From the NCBI GenBank assembly GCA_013265495.1, contig MU058444.1, positions 930,001 through 994,000 on the forward strand: DNA of 64,000 nucleotides, given 5' to 3'. Positions 13,258-26,029 of the stretch are shown here, piece after piece; within the stretch, counting starts at the first letter, position 1; the number at the start of each line of letters is the position of its first letter. Made by a program: the position numbers and the translations under genes. Source of the DNA: Vicugna vicugna. Lineage: Eukaryota. A model generated the notes under the pieces. That model worked only from the letters and a program-made list of their open reading frames with translations. It had not been told where the DNA came from and ran no database searches.

Positions 13258-13463
13258 AAAAACAACAACAGGGACCTACTGTAGAGCACAGGGAACTGTA
13301 TTCAGTGTCTTATAATAACTTATCATGGAAAAGAATCTGAAAAGAATATATATATATAATACATGTATACACACACACACACACATATGTATAACTGAAT
13401 CACTTTGCTGTACACCTGAAACTAACACAACATTGTAAATCATCTATACTTCAACAATAAAAA
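13258..13463 (+). mobile_element. Artiodactyl-type L1 3' end
   Basis: gacctactgtagagcacagggaact...ataactgaatcactttgctgtacacctgaaactaacacaacattgtaaatcatctatacttcaa followed by an A-rich tail. Confidence 0.9.
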
Positions 13464-13467
13464 TTTT

Positions 13468-13469
<2 letters not shown>

Positions 13470-13507
<38 letters not shown>
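13470..13507. repeat. (TA)n microsatellite
   Basis: Direct read; it sits between two tail-to-tail L1 3' ends. Confidence 0.95.
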
Positions 13508-13511
<4 letters not shown>

Positions 13512-13820
13512 CTGAAGTAGAGTCAGTTTACAATGTTGTGTCAATTTCTGGTGTACAGCACAGTGCTTCAGTCATATACGTACATACATACATTCATTTC
13601 CAGATTCTTTTCCATTATGGATCACTACAAGATACTGAATATAGTTCCCTGTGCTGTACAGTAGAAACTTGTTTATCTGTTTTATCCATAGTAGTCAGTA
13701 TCTGCGAATCTCAAACTCCCAATTTATCCCTTCCCACCCCCTTCCCTCCCCTAGTAACCATAAGTTTGTTTCCTATGTCTGTGAGTCTGTTTCTGTTTTG
13801 TAAGTAAGTTCGTCTTTTTT
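13508..13820 (-). mobile_element. Young (camelid-type) L1 3' end
   Basis: tttactgaagtagagtcagtttacaatgttgtgtcaatttctggtgtacagc...gtgagtctgtttctgttttgtaag; homologous to other copies in the window. Confidence 0.92.
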
Positions 13821-14106
13821 ACAATTTTTTAGAGAAACAAAGTCCTTTCTGTTTTTGTTTATTGGTGTATTTTTGGTTTATTTGTCTGGTTGTTTTACAA
13901 ACTACCAAAATTTATTTTAGTTAACTACTAAGGCTTAAATAAATCAGTTAACCACTAAATTAAAATAAGTATTCTAAATAATGAGAGTCTACCATTAAGC
14001 TCAAAATGAGAAGTGTTTCCATAAATGGGGAGTGTGAAATATTTGAAGTCTGGTTTTTTTTCCTCTGCCAAGCAGAATATAACATTGCTTCTATAAAGAC
14101 AGAAGA

Positions 14107-14247
14107 GGAGGGAGGGGATAGCTCAGTGGTAGAGCGCAGTGCCTAGCATGTACGAGGTCCTGGGTTCAATTCCCAGTACCTCCGTTAAAAAAATAATAAT
14201 AACAAGAATAAATAAATGAACATAGTCAATCCCCCCAAAAAAGAAAA
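14107..14247 (+). mobile_element. tRNA-Ala-derived SINE (camelid Vic-1 type)
   Basis: A box (tagctcagtgg) and B box (ggttcaattcc), tRNA-Ala(AGC)-like head, A-rich tail and a terminal C-run followed by A's. Confidence 0.9.
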
Positions 14248-16324
14248 TTCGATTACATATTTGCTAAGTCAAGTATGAAAAAATTTTACTGAACTTTGCA
14301 AGGCATTTCTAGAATATGTTTTATGTGATTCAAAAGTCAAACAGTTTTTATTGCATCAAGTGTTTTTACAGTGCTTGTCATAGACAAGGGACTGTAAGGG
14401 CTAATCTCATTTGCTTTCCAGGGGAAAAAACCTGAGAGATGTATTTTGCATTCTAATCATAAGAAGAAAGACATTGTTTTAAAACAAAACTAGATAAAAA
14501 TAGAAGCAGAGAGCAAGTGGAAAGCTGACTGTTACAACTGTCTTCTGACAAACCACTTTTTGACGGCGAACGTCTCAGTCCTTGATATCCTTCATATTAA
14601 ATGAAAATGGCAATATTTTGTATGCAAATACTAAACACACCTACTTTGTAATCTGAGTCCCCTTGAAAGAAAAGCACAGGCAAATATTAGCATAGTAGGA
14701 TTACCATTCCTCTAGCATTGTTTTGAATACTTGTTGCTTGGCTAAAGTCAGTAATAACTTTCAAATTCTTAGTAGTTCTCTCCAGTGAACCCAAAGTTTG
14801 ACAAAGAGGTTGATTTCCAAATGCTGGGAATTAAAACTTAAAATACGTGAAGGTCAAATACACTTTCAAATGTCATCTAGCTTACAATGATTTTGTGTGA
14901 GCTCTGAGAAATATAAAAACAGAGGTCAGAGACTGGCTAGAACAGAGTGACTTGGAGGCAGAGCAGGCCATCTGCGGGGGCTGCTCCCAGCTCCATCTTG
15001 TCTTCACATGGTCCAGCACTGCCTCTCGTTGACATGCACAGAGTGACAACTGTTGGAACAGACAAAATGAGAGATTATCATTTATTCTTATTAGAAACCT
15101 AAATGCAATGGTTTAAGAAATTGTAAGATCTCAATGTTTGATGAAACTGGTAAGTTGGTTGTAAGTTATCTTTATTTCAGATCAGGGAATCCTAAGAATG
15201 TTTGGGATCCTGGCAGACCATCTACCATGATAACAAAGTACCTCAATTTTACGGCAAAACCCATGTTTACAGTGTGGTGATGGAGCTTGAGTCTTACACA
15301 CTCTGAATTACGGATTTTAGATTAGTTACACATTTTTCTACACTGGGCTCCATGTTGATTCACCCAAATTCATACTAGTTTTTCTTCCCACAATGTTAAG
15401 CAGCGTGTAGTCACAAAAACCATTATTTTTTCAATTACTTGACAAATCATTTTTCTTCTCTACACCTAGAAATTATTTGTCTTCATATCTCCCTAAGTCA
15501 AAGTAATTAAAGAGATAAGATGAGTTGGGGTTTTAATTCAATATGCATATAATATTAATTAATTTTTATGTATTATTAACTAATGCATAATATTAAGTTA
15601 CCTAGCATACATCAAATACTGTCTTCCACATGATGAAGTACAAGCCTCAAGGATTATAGACCCATTTGTGGAAATTATGTAAACACTTAAGAACAATTAC
15701 AGAAGGCTAGAAACTATAACACAATGTGTAAGTTTATACATTCATCTTTGTGAATCCTTTTGGTTCTTAAATGTACTCCCAAATGTTATATTGTCACTTT
15801 TTTTATTTTTATATGGCTTGTTAATATCAAAAAAACTTAGTGGTACTCAGGTGTTCATTACTTCGTACATTCATTTGATCAGTTAAAGTAGGTCTGATAT
15901 CACTTTAACTGTTTGCACATGTGGAGGCATTGGTCATGATGGAAAAAAATTGTTTTGACTTTTTGAGAGAATTGCAAACATATACACACCTGGGCGGATA
16001 TTTTAATGAATGCTCATCATTCACCACTTGTCCTGAACATCCATCAACCCACGGATAAACCTTAACTTTCGCCATTTCATATTATTTTGGAGCAATATCA
16101 GATATCACGTCTGTGTCCTCATTACGTATCACTAAAATGTAAGGATTTACTTCTAAAGTAACAACAATGTTATTGTCAATTACTCCTTAATATCATCAAC
16201 GATCCCAAATGTGTTTCTTTGTGTCATTCATGATCACCATGTACATTTCACTCAGAAGGGCTATCCCTAACGTACACGGACTGGCTCAGTATTAGATGTG
16301 GGAAATCTATGACATCATTTCTTT

Positions 16325-16563
16325 TCTTGTAATTTTTATTTTTTATTGAATATAGTTAACTTACAATGTGTTAATTTTTATTTTGTTGTACATAGTGATG
16401 CATATATATATATATTCCTTTTGATAATAGGCCATCACAAGATGTTGAATACAGTTCCCTGTACTATACAGTAGGACCTTGTTTTTTATCTATTTTATAT
16501 ACAGTAGTTTGTATTTGCAAATCCAGGACTCCTAATTTATCCCTTCCCACTCCCTTTCCCTTC
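16325..16563 (-). mobile_element. Artiodactyl-type L1 3' end
   Basis: ttttattgaatatagttaacttacaatgtg...gttccctgtactatacagtaggacc...tttatcccttccc. Confidence 0.85.
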
Positions 16564-16769
16564 TAAAATGACATTCTCTGGGTTGCTTTAAATGTAGAAT
16601 CAAGTTTTCCTTCATTTTGCAAATAAAAAAGAAGAGAAAGTGATATCTTTCCAGATTTTTCATCCTTCTCCAAAGGTGCACGTCCTGAACAATTTACTAC
16701 TCACGGACTTGTCATCCTTTTCCTACCACTGAGACCCTCATATATCAATGTAATTACAGTGCCTGTTGC

Positions 16770-17760
16770 CTTGGACCATTTATGTGTTTATTCACTGAAA
16801 TTAAATGTCTGTTATTTGCTAGATACCTATGGTGCACACATCATCCCTTCCCCCCAGGAGCACAATTTAGTGAGCAAAGAGTCGCAAATAAGCAATTAAT
16901 ATCCTATGTGAGAAGCCACAGTGGAGAGACTGATGCCAGTGAGGGAGAGTGGAGAATCTACTTTAGGCAGAGAAGAAGCAGGTACAGAGAAAGAAATGGA
17001 TAAAAGGTCTGGTATTTTTTCTAAAACAATGGAGAGATTTGTGTGGTTTGATCTCAGTGTTTATGAGGGTGAAAATAAGGAGCAGTGGATGTCAGAAAAG
17101 AAGCTTTCGAGCCAAATGATAAGAAACCCTATGTGCCAAGCTAAAGTCTACAGTATATCTTGGAAGCAGTGAGAATATCTTTGAAGGCTCTTAAGTTTGG
17201 AATGACCTTTACAAGTTTGTTTGTTTTTTTTTTTTGTAAAAGCTAATCACAGGAAGCGATACTAAAAATGCATTAGGAGGAAACAGAGATGGAGAGTCCA
17301 ACTTAGAAGCTACTGCAGCCGTCTAAGAACATTTTAATGGGTGATGAAGTAATGCAGTGATATTGGGGGATGAATAAGAGGAAACAAAATGGATAAATAT
17401 TTTGGAATTGGAATAAAAAAGTGATAACCAAATACATGATTTTTATTAGAGGGATGAGTTTTGATAATTTCCGGTTTTTAAGCTTGGAAGGCTGCAGAGA
17501 CTCCTTGCTTGAGATCAGGTGTCTAGAAGAAGGGGCAGGCTTGGGGTGTGTTTGTATGTTGGGGGTGGGGGGCAAAGAGTGATGAGTCATTTGCGTTGTG
17601 TTATGGTTCAGATGTCCGGGAGGCACCAGGTTATAGGCAGCCATTAATGGTGTGTGTCTGGGGCTCAGGGGAGAAGAGTGAGACAGATGAGAAAATAATC
17701 TGCATCGAAGTGGATAATTGAAGTGGATAATTACTCTGAATCAGAGTGTCCAGGGAGAGA
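16770..17760 (-). mobile_element. L2 remnants (degenerate)
   Basis: Antisense L2 3' end pattern (tttattcactgaaattaaatgtctg...), followed by purine-rich L2-like sequence. Confidence 0.5.
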
Positions 17761-18764
17761 TAGAAAGAAGAGAAGAGAGAGAGAAGAGAGAGAGGAAAAA
17801 AAGAGTAAAAACGCTGTGATTTTAGCCTTATTTTTTTCCACTAGTCACCACAAAATAAATGAAGCTACTCTACTGAAAATACATTTATTTTGCTATTTAT
17901 TATGTGTTTTAAATAGTGAGACTTTTCCAGAGAACTTTCTTGAAAACCTCTGCTTTAAATCCAAGATGCTGGCTGTGTAGCTTACACACTTCCACATTTA
18001 TGACGAGGCTGTAAATGTGTCTAACACACACCCAGATTTCTCACAACCGTAAAACTGTCTTGGGCTGAATGTAACGACCAGGGAAGCTTTTGATAACTCC
18101 CTAAGCATGCCCTCTCTTGAATTTCTCTTTATCCGGGTGATCGCACATGATGGAAACGCAGACTCAACAGTGAAGTCTTTTCACAAAGGATCTCATCTCT
18201 CCGGATATGACTTGCCAAGTAACATTATTATATTTCAAAATAGGACCAGACCTGGACTGAGTGATGACAGCGGAATTGTAAAGAATGATCTGAGACCTAG
18301 AGCTAGAAGCTAGAATCACTTCTAATGAGACATGGGGAGAGTCCAGCTACTCCAGCCGGAAAGATGAGTATATTGGAGGTGGAACAAGAGGCCACAAGAC
18401 ACAGTCCAAAACAGAGCTCACCATTCCACAGCGCTAATGAGGACTATGAAGAGGTCCCCAAAGGTTGGTGTGGGAAGTGTGTAGAGTGCTGATTTGCCTG
18501 GGAGTCGTCGGTGTAGACAGTTACCGCTGGCTACGGGGACTGACTGCTGACAGTTTCAGGAAGAAATTCCAGTCAATGTTGGGACTTATTAAAGCAACTA
18601 AGTTCTTTTAAAACTGGAGGTCTTTGGTGGGCAGCCAGCAAAAATCTGGGTTCAGAAAACCAAAGAGGAGTGTGATGACTGGATCTGAGAAATGAGGCGG
18701 AGTGCAGTTTTACTGTTTGGATTCTATATTTTATTCCTTGTGCCTTCTCGGGTTTTTTAAAATA

Positions 18765-18855
18765 ATATTTTTACTGAAATACAGTCAGTTTACAATGTTG
18801 TGTCAGTTTCTGGTGTGCAGCACAGTGCTTCAGACGTGTAGGAACATACATACGT
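18765..18855 (-). mobile_element. Short young L1 3' end
   Basis: ttttactgaaatacagtcagtttacaatgttgtgtcagtttctggtgtgcagcacagtgcttcag, the same family as 13508-13820. Confidence 0.85.
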
Positions 18856-19587
18856 TCTTCAATAAGGCAGCATGTGAGATGTTGGCAACCACTCTGTACC
18901 ACATCCAGGGCTTGGCTGAGATGCAGTGCTCATGCTTACACCTGGGGGGATGTTGGATGCCTCGTACAACACTCCTGCTTCTCTTGGTCCCCCCTCCCCT
19001 CTTTCCTGCCCCGCCATATTTCATCCTCATACAAATACACAGATTTTTGCATGCTGTTGAAAAGTGGCCCATTTAATGGCTTCCTCTCTTACTGATCTTG
19101 TGACTAATCAAACCACCCTTGCAGAGCGGCTAAAAAGGAGGGTGGTCAGAAGCACATCCTTGGGTGGACATCCTATCTGCAGTGGTAAGAGGTGGAAAGA
19201 GGAGAAGAGGAGTATATGTGGTTCACTGCTTCCTGGAAGTAGAGGCTTGGTTTGATGACTAGAGAAAGCAGAATCGGCCAACATGGTGAGTCAGATTGGC
19301 AGTGAGCGCCATGACACTGACCCTCAAAGGGTTGATCTGGAGTGATCTGAATATCCCTGACTAGGCTGACTCGAGTTTGTTAAGGAGAGAACTTGGAGCG
19401 GGTATGGCCACGTATAAACTGTTCTCTAATTTAGTCAAAAGCATCACATAAGTAGACAGGACCTGAAAGTATCCAGATAAGGCATTGATGGCCAACATTC
19501 TACTTAAATCAATGATTTATGTGTTTGCTCTCGGCCCTCTTGGCACATATGTCAGGTTTTTTACTTTTGTGAGGAACTGACTGAGCC

Positions 19588-19772
19588 CAGAGGTCCTCAA
19601 ACTTCAATGTGCCTCTAAATCTCTTGGAGAGCTCATGAAACCAGAGATTTCTGGCTCTTACTGCTAGAGTTTCTGAGTCAGTAGGTAGGAAATGGGGTCT
19701 AAAAACATGTGTTTCTAAGTCCCCAGATGATGTCCGTGCTGCTAGCCTAGGGATCACGATATGAGAGCCACT
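19588..19772. mobile_element. MER5A-like hAT-Charlie MITE
   Basis: Terminal inverted repeats cagaggtcctcaaac...tgagagccactg and internal agagtttctgagtcagtaggt; ~185 bp long. Confidence 0.85.
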
Positions 19773-19956
19773 GAATGCTAAATTTCTCAGTGCTTTGTGA
19801 AAATTCTTAAGCCTCAATAATTTCAGGAAAGTTTCCATTACCAGAATTTAATACTGAAATCACAGTGTTTCATATATTCTACAGAAAGGAAACATTAAAA
19901 CTTGTTTCTTTAGGAATGATTTGCCTCCTTCACCTCATTGCCATCTGTAAAACCTT

Positions 19957-19991
<35 letters not shown>
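19957..19991. repeat. (CA)n microsatellite
   Basis: Direct read. Confidence 0.95.
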
Positions 19992-20875
19992 TTCCTGGGA
20001 CCTACCTATATTTGATAAACGACTTTATGTGAGAGAAAAATCATGCTTCCTCCATCTTCAGACTTCAATAATTTTCCACTAAAAATGTTCCCTCTTCAAC
20101 TTGTGCCAAGTTAGCTACTACCCACCCAAGCCAAATAAGTAGGTTTGCTTACTCAGCTCTGAGAGACATTTATATTTGTATCTATTCAGACGAGAAGGGT
20201 CATATTTACGTGACTTTTCCTTATTGGGGCAAATGTTATTTACCTTTGTGCTAATGTATGTTATTTTTGATGACTAATGTTTGACATTGGATTGGAAATT
20301 ATATAATCCATATTATTTATAGATCATCAAAATATAACTTAATTTGCCAATTGAAAATGATTTTTTTTTTTCTGTTTTACTCTATTCAGTGACAAGGGAG
20401 CTCATCTGCTCTTGCTCTGGAGTTCTCTGACTATCCTCATCTCGATCTGGCTGCCTTACAGAACGAAAGACATCGTCAAATAGCCTGGTCATGAAATGTG
20501 AATTTTGAAATTTTTTTTTTGAAACTGCAAACATCAATGATAATTTTAATAAATTTGAGTGGAAACCAATAAGGTACTCTTTACAAAAATCTCATTTTCA
20601 AAAATAGTGATAGAATGAACTATTTTAGCCAATTAAACTAGCCCACTCCTCACTTCTTGACTCAATGTCATATAATAACAGTGAACGGATATTGAGTAAT
20701 TGTGTTGACACCTTTATAAGACTTAACACGTTAGAATCAGAGTTTTACAACATACCATTGGTTGATATAGTCTATTCAGATTAAATTTAAATAACTGATG
20801 GATGATGAGATATACTTGACTACATCTTGCTATTTTGAACGAGGTAAAAAATTAAAATAAAAATGAAAATCACTT

Positions 20876-20992
20876 GGGGGGAGGGTATAGCTCAGGGTAG
20901 AGCGCATGCCTAGCAGGCACAGAGTCCTGGGTTCAGTCCTCAGTATCTCCATTAAAAATAAATTAATAATAAACAAAACCTAAACAAAAAAG
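20876..20992 (+). mobile_element. tRNA-Ala-derived SINE (Vic-1 type)
   Basis: ggggagggtatagctcagggtagagcgcatgcctagcaggcac...cctgggttcagtcc plus an A-rich tail. Confidence 0.9.
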
Positions 20993-21229
20993 GGAAACAC
21001 CCCAAAAGCGGTGATTCTGTGCTTTGTTAAGAATGGAGAGAGGATATCAAAGATTCATGAGCTTGGTAGACTCATCCTGAATGGGCAATTACTCACTTAT
21101 AAAAAATAAAGTCCAGTTATTTCATATTTTATCATCATTAATTATCTGTTCAGAAATGTCTGCCCCAGCGGTCAAGAGGCCCATGATAGGGACAGCTGCA
21201 CAACAGATCCACACTGATTATAACAGTAT

Positions 21230-21452
21230 TAATAACTAGTATATATTGAGTACTTGTAATATGTAGAGGTTTTAAATGCATTATTTCGACTGATCCTCAC
21301 AGAAATTTCAGTAGCTAAATTCTGCTATCCTCTGTATTTACCCAGTGATGAAACCGAAGCTTACAGAACTTTCCAAATGATCTCAAAGGACAAGAAGCTA
21401 GTAAATGGTAGAATCAGATTTGAACTGAAACAATTAGCTTTCAAAGCCTGTA
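21230..21452 (-). mobile_element. MIR
   Basis: Near full-length antisense MIR pattern (tattgagtactt...gatgaaaccgaagct...gctagtaaatggtagaatcagatttgaac...ttcaaagcct). Confidence 0.75.
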
Positions 21453-22007
21453 AAAGAAAAGAAAAAAAAAACTACGTTTTAGAACTGGCTCATCTTTCAT
21501 TAGATGAATTGATCGTGATTCAAAATGCATTGCATGGCCATTAGTGTTTTAACCACAAAATCTGCTCAGGCCAGATTTAGTACCATTAATTTGAACAGAG
21601 AGTCATCTAACCGCTTCAGCAAAATTAATTTGAGGCACTGTGAATACAAAATATTATGATTTCTAGAACAGTGCTCTGCCTATCCGAAATGTTTAGTGAG
21701 TATTAGAGACAGGGAAGATGGAGGGGAATGTGCTTGGATGCCGTGGGTGTACCTGGAAGGAAGATAATATAGAAAACCCTGTTCGGATTGGGCACTCTCT
21801 CCAATGCTCCTAGCACTGCATCTCAGACCTTTCTTGCCTTGGAAATGTGAGTTCTTTTCAAATCTAACCTTACTTCTCCCTGAAGAACCCCTTCTCTGTA
21901 GCTGCCCTCTCCTAGAGAAAATACGTTCTCCTCTCCACTTCATGTGTATCTCATCTTTGTCTTTGCAAGTGATAAAAGCAAATCAGACAAAAGTGGATGG
22001 GTTTGGG

Positions 22008-22143
22008 TTTTTTTTTTTTTTTTGGTTTTATTTATTTTTATTTTTATTTATTTATTTATTTTATTTTATTGGGTTATAGTCAGTTTACGATGTTGCATCA
22101 CTTTCCAGTGTAGAGCACAATTTTTCAGTTATACATGAACATG
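22008..22143 (-). mobile_element. Short young L1 3' end with T/TTTA-rich tail
   Basis: ttttattgggttatagtcagtttacgatgttg...ccagtgtagagcacaatttttcagttatacatgaac, preceded by a long T-rich tail. Confidence 0.85.
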
Positions 22144-22399
22144 GACAGGTTTCCACTGGTTTAACACAAGAAACCACATGGCACATAAGAGCCTCTGTGT
22201 GCCTGTGAAACAAACGCACACATTTTTCCTTCTAATGTACATTTCCACAAGTGAATGTATTATTCAATTCAAGCTGATAATTTTTCACTAATCCCCTCTA
22301 GCAGGAAATGAAAATACCTTTTTAAGATTCAGTATCTGACTTCAAAGACTTTACAATGCATGGAACCAGCAGAATGACCCAAGTAAATACACAGCAATG

Positions 22400-22402
<3 letters not shown>

Positions 22403-22432
<30 letters not shown>
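22403..22432. repeat. Poly(A) run (30 nt)
   Basis: Direct read. Confidence 0.9.
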
Positions 22433-22433
<1 letters not shown>

Positions 22434-22481
22434 AAGAGGCATGTAGACAAAATACTAAAAGGAATAATGTTATAAATTTTA

Positions 22482-24665
22482 CTCTAAGCACTGTGTTTGC
22501 TGCATCCCACAAATTTTGAAAAGTTCTGTTTTCATTTTTAGTTTAAATATTTTAAAATTTCTCTTAGGATCTCTTCTCTGACTCATGTGTTATTTAGAAG
22601 CGTATTGTGTAATCCTGAACTATTTGGGGATTTCCCAGTTATCTGTCTGTCATTGAGTTCTAGTTCAGCTCCATTGTAGCCTGAGAGCAGACGTTGTGTA
22701 ATTTCTCTTATTTTACATTTGTTAAAGTGTGTTTCACGGCCCAGACTCTGGTCTACCTTGGTGAATGTTCCATGTGAACTTGATACAAATTGTGCATTCT
22801 ATTGTTGGGAAGTCATCTAGACGTGTCAATTCTATCCAGTTAATCAGTGGTGGTGTCGAGCTCACCTCTGTCCTTAATGATTTTCTGCCTGCTGAATCTG
22901 TCTGTTTCTGATGGAGAAGTTTTGAAGTCTCAAATTACAATAGTGGATTCACCTGTTTTGCTTGTGGTTCTATCAGTTTTTGCCTCATGCAGTTTGATTC
23001 TCTGTTAGGTTCGTACACACTAAGCATTGCTGTTTTCTTAGAAAACTGACTTCTTGAACATGGTGTAATGCCCCTCCTTTATCCCCAGTAACTCTCCTTA
23101 CTTTGAAGTCTGGTCCGTCTTAAAACAGGGGTTCGTCCTCTCGACACTTCATTTCACTCTGCTCTATTCTTGTTTGTATAGTTTCTGGGGACAAATTGGA
23201 TGTAACTTTATTTTTGTTCTTCTATAGATAACGTTTTGTTGTTTTGTTTTTTTTTCCTGGCATTTTTTTCAGAATGTTTTTCCTTCAACTTTGATTTTCT
23301 GTAATTTGAAGATCATATGCTGAGGTGTAGCTTTATTGATATTGCTCCTGCTTGGGGTTTTTCTGAGCTGCCTGAATCTCGGGTTGGGTTTCTGACTTGA
23401 ATTTTGCCAAATGTTCAGTCATCATGGGTTCAGATAGTTTTTCTGTTCCTGTCTCCCATTATTCTACTTCCGAGATTTTCACTATGCATATGCTATACCT
23501 TCTGTATTTGTCCCACAGTCCTTGGGTATCCTGTTTCAGCTTTTATAGTCCTAATTTTCTTTCCTTTTCGGTTTTCTAGGAGTCTATCGCGAGATCCTCT
23601 AGGTCAGCGATCCCTTCCTCAGCTGTGTCCGGCCTGCTAATAAGTCCGTCAGAGACATTCCTCCTTCTGTTACAGTGCTTTTTTTTAATCTCCAGCATTT
23701 CTACTTGATTCCTTTTTTAAGATTTCCATCCCCCTGTTTACATCGCCCATCTGTTCTTGAATGCTGGGACGGTTGATCCCTTAGAGCCCTCTGCATATTA
23801 ATCACGGTAGCTTTAAAGGCTCAGGCTGATGGTTTCAAGGTCTCCGCCACGTCTGGTATGACGCTTGCTCAATTTTTTCACACTGTGTTTTTTGCCTTTT
23901 GGTACGCCTGGCAATTTTTTTCTTCCTAGGAGACATGGGGTATTGGGGAAAAGGAACTGGGGTAAATAGACCTTTAGCCATGTGGGGTTAAGGTGTGTGT
24001 GTTGGGGTGGGGCGTTCTACAGTCCTGAGATCAGCTCTGAGGGTTTCAGTGAGCCTATGCCTCTGGACAGTGAACTTCACAAGTATTTCTCAGTTTTTAC
24101 CCCCCTAAAGTGAGACAGGATGGCTAGAGTGGTCCGAATTTGGGTGAATCTCTGACCCAGGTTTTTTAGGCTCTGATAATACCCTAGCAGGTTAGACTCT
24201 GGGGACCTCATTTGTCCCGAGAGCAAATCTCCCCATTCTGTGGCCCCACCCCCCCNNNNNNNNNNNNNNNNNNNNNNNNNNNNNNNNNNNNNNNNNNNNN
24301 NNNNNNNNNNNNNNNNNNNNNNNNNNNNNCCACCCCCCCTCCCCCAACCCCAGCCTGGTGCCTGGGTCCCCCTGGGGTTTCTAACCCTCACAGGCCTTCA
24401 CACTGAGGCTCCAGCAATCCTTCAATTCCAGTCCAGGTTTTCCTACTCCGGCCCTGGTTTCCATGGTGATCTCTGCTCCAGGAAGGCGGGACTTCCGGTG
24501 TTCACCTTCCGGTGCCGCTCCAGTCTTGGGGGGAGGGGTTTCCCCAGTGTCTTCCTCTGTCTTACAGATTCAAGAGAGTTTGTGATTTTTCGGTCTGTAC
24601 AGCTTTTCACCTGTTATTAGGATGGCGTGGCAACTTCTTACCTCCTTGCAAATGAAACTGGAAAT
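22482..24665 (-). mobile_element. Old L1 (L1MC/MD-like): endonuclease-region, ORF1 and 5' UTR remnants
   Basis: Antisense ORF2 start pattern (gctgcatcccacaaattttga..., ggtgaatgttccatgtgaacttga), ORF1-like segment near 23150-23800, and a typical 5' terminus near 24600-24665. No intact ORF. Confidence 0.8.
24256..24329. other. Assembly gap (74 N) flanked by C-runs
   Basis: Direct read. Confidence 0.99.
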
Positions 24666-25829
24666 AGGACGCACAGCTTTAATTTTTAGTGAGTTACTCT
24701 GCCCTTTATAATTTTCTAATACATAGGTCTTTTCTTCTCACCTAGGGAAAAACAAAAAAACAAACAAAAAAAAAAACAAAAAAAACCTTGTCTTTCTTAC
24801 TTCCCCACTGAAAGTAAACACTAGCCTATTAAAAGCAGTGCTCTTCCAAGATGTGTCATTTACCTCTACAGCCAAGTCACAAAAATAGATCTCCTGAAAT
24901 CCAACATAATTGGAGGATGAAATCTTCCAGAATGGGCAGCCATGACATAAATGCAGATTAAGTGTTTCAGTCCAAAGATCCTAATACCACTGACCATGAC
25001 AGTAGCATGTGACCCTGATTATGAATGAGTTCATTCATAAGTCAGTGTATCGTCACAATACTAATGAGCGTTTTGCCTCTGCGCCCCAGTCTATGGTGAG
25101 GCAGAGTCGAAGCATCTCTGCAAAGATTTAAGAACAGTGTCCCTTAATCCCTCGTGCCCCTCCTTGTACCCTCTAACATATACGAAACAGCATCCTTGAA
25201 AAGTAGTATTATGAACCACTATGGTGAATGGTGAAAAAAAAGACAAGACTGTGCAATTATCTTAAATCATTATATCTAAAACTTAACTGTTGTTAAAGTG
25301 CAAATAAAATAGTATTATATAGGTATTTCAAAGCTGATCTCAAAATGAATATTGAATATTAAAATGTTGCCCTGAGATAATCATTCTGATGAGGTAATTT
25401 TTTTCCCCATTTATTTAATGGATTGAATCTTTTGCCACTCTTTCTCCCTTCTGAAACCAGGAAGGGATCTTTTTTTCCCCCTCTTTACTGGCAATTAACT
25501 GAATGTATAATTTTGAGTAATCATTTGTAATTATTTCTTGGGCATGGTCCCATACGTTTCATCCAATTCCAAAAACCTAGCATATGTGCTGTGCTTTTGA
25601 AGTTAGATTCGAAGTAGACGTGTTTATAACATGGGGACTGGCAAACATTCCACTTGAAATAGAATCAGAACGTCACTGCACCATGCAGATGTCAGCAAAG
25701 CAAAACACGCTCCTGCTAAATTCAGCAGCACACCATTTCGCAGAAGTGGTAGCAGTCACCTTCTGCCAAACCTCCCTGCAACGGTCGAGATAGAAAAGAT
25801 GCCTGAAGAGTCATTAAAATGTGATTTCC

Positions 25830-25969
25830 GAGGGGAGGGTATAGCTCAATTGGTAGAGCACATGCTTAGTGTGCACAAGGTCCTGGGTTCAAACCCCAGG
25901 ACATCCTCTGAAAACAAATAAATAAATAAACTTAATTACCTACCCCCCCACCAAAAAATCTAATTTAAA
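25830..25969 (+). mobile_element. tRNA-Ala-derived SINE (Vic-1 type) with perfect 14-bp TSD
   Basis: A and B boxes present; TSD aaaatgtgatttcc at 25816-25829 and 25970-25983. Confidence 0.95.
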
Positions 25970-26029
25970 AAAATGTGATTTCCTTCCTGTGCCTGAGATT
26001 CTCTGAATTCTATAACACCCAAAATTATA

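Noticed and set aside
18702..19076. 124-aa ORF
   Set aside because: Its 5' part runs through an antisense L1 3' end; no homology recognised and no splice support.
25015..25045. Short inverted repeat ttatgaatga-gt-tcattcataa
   Set aside because: A 10-14-bp AT-rich stem with a 2-nt spacer; too short for a miRNA precursor or MITE and plausible by chance.
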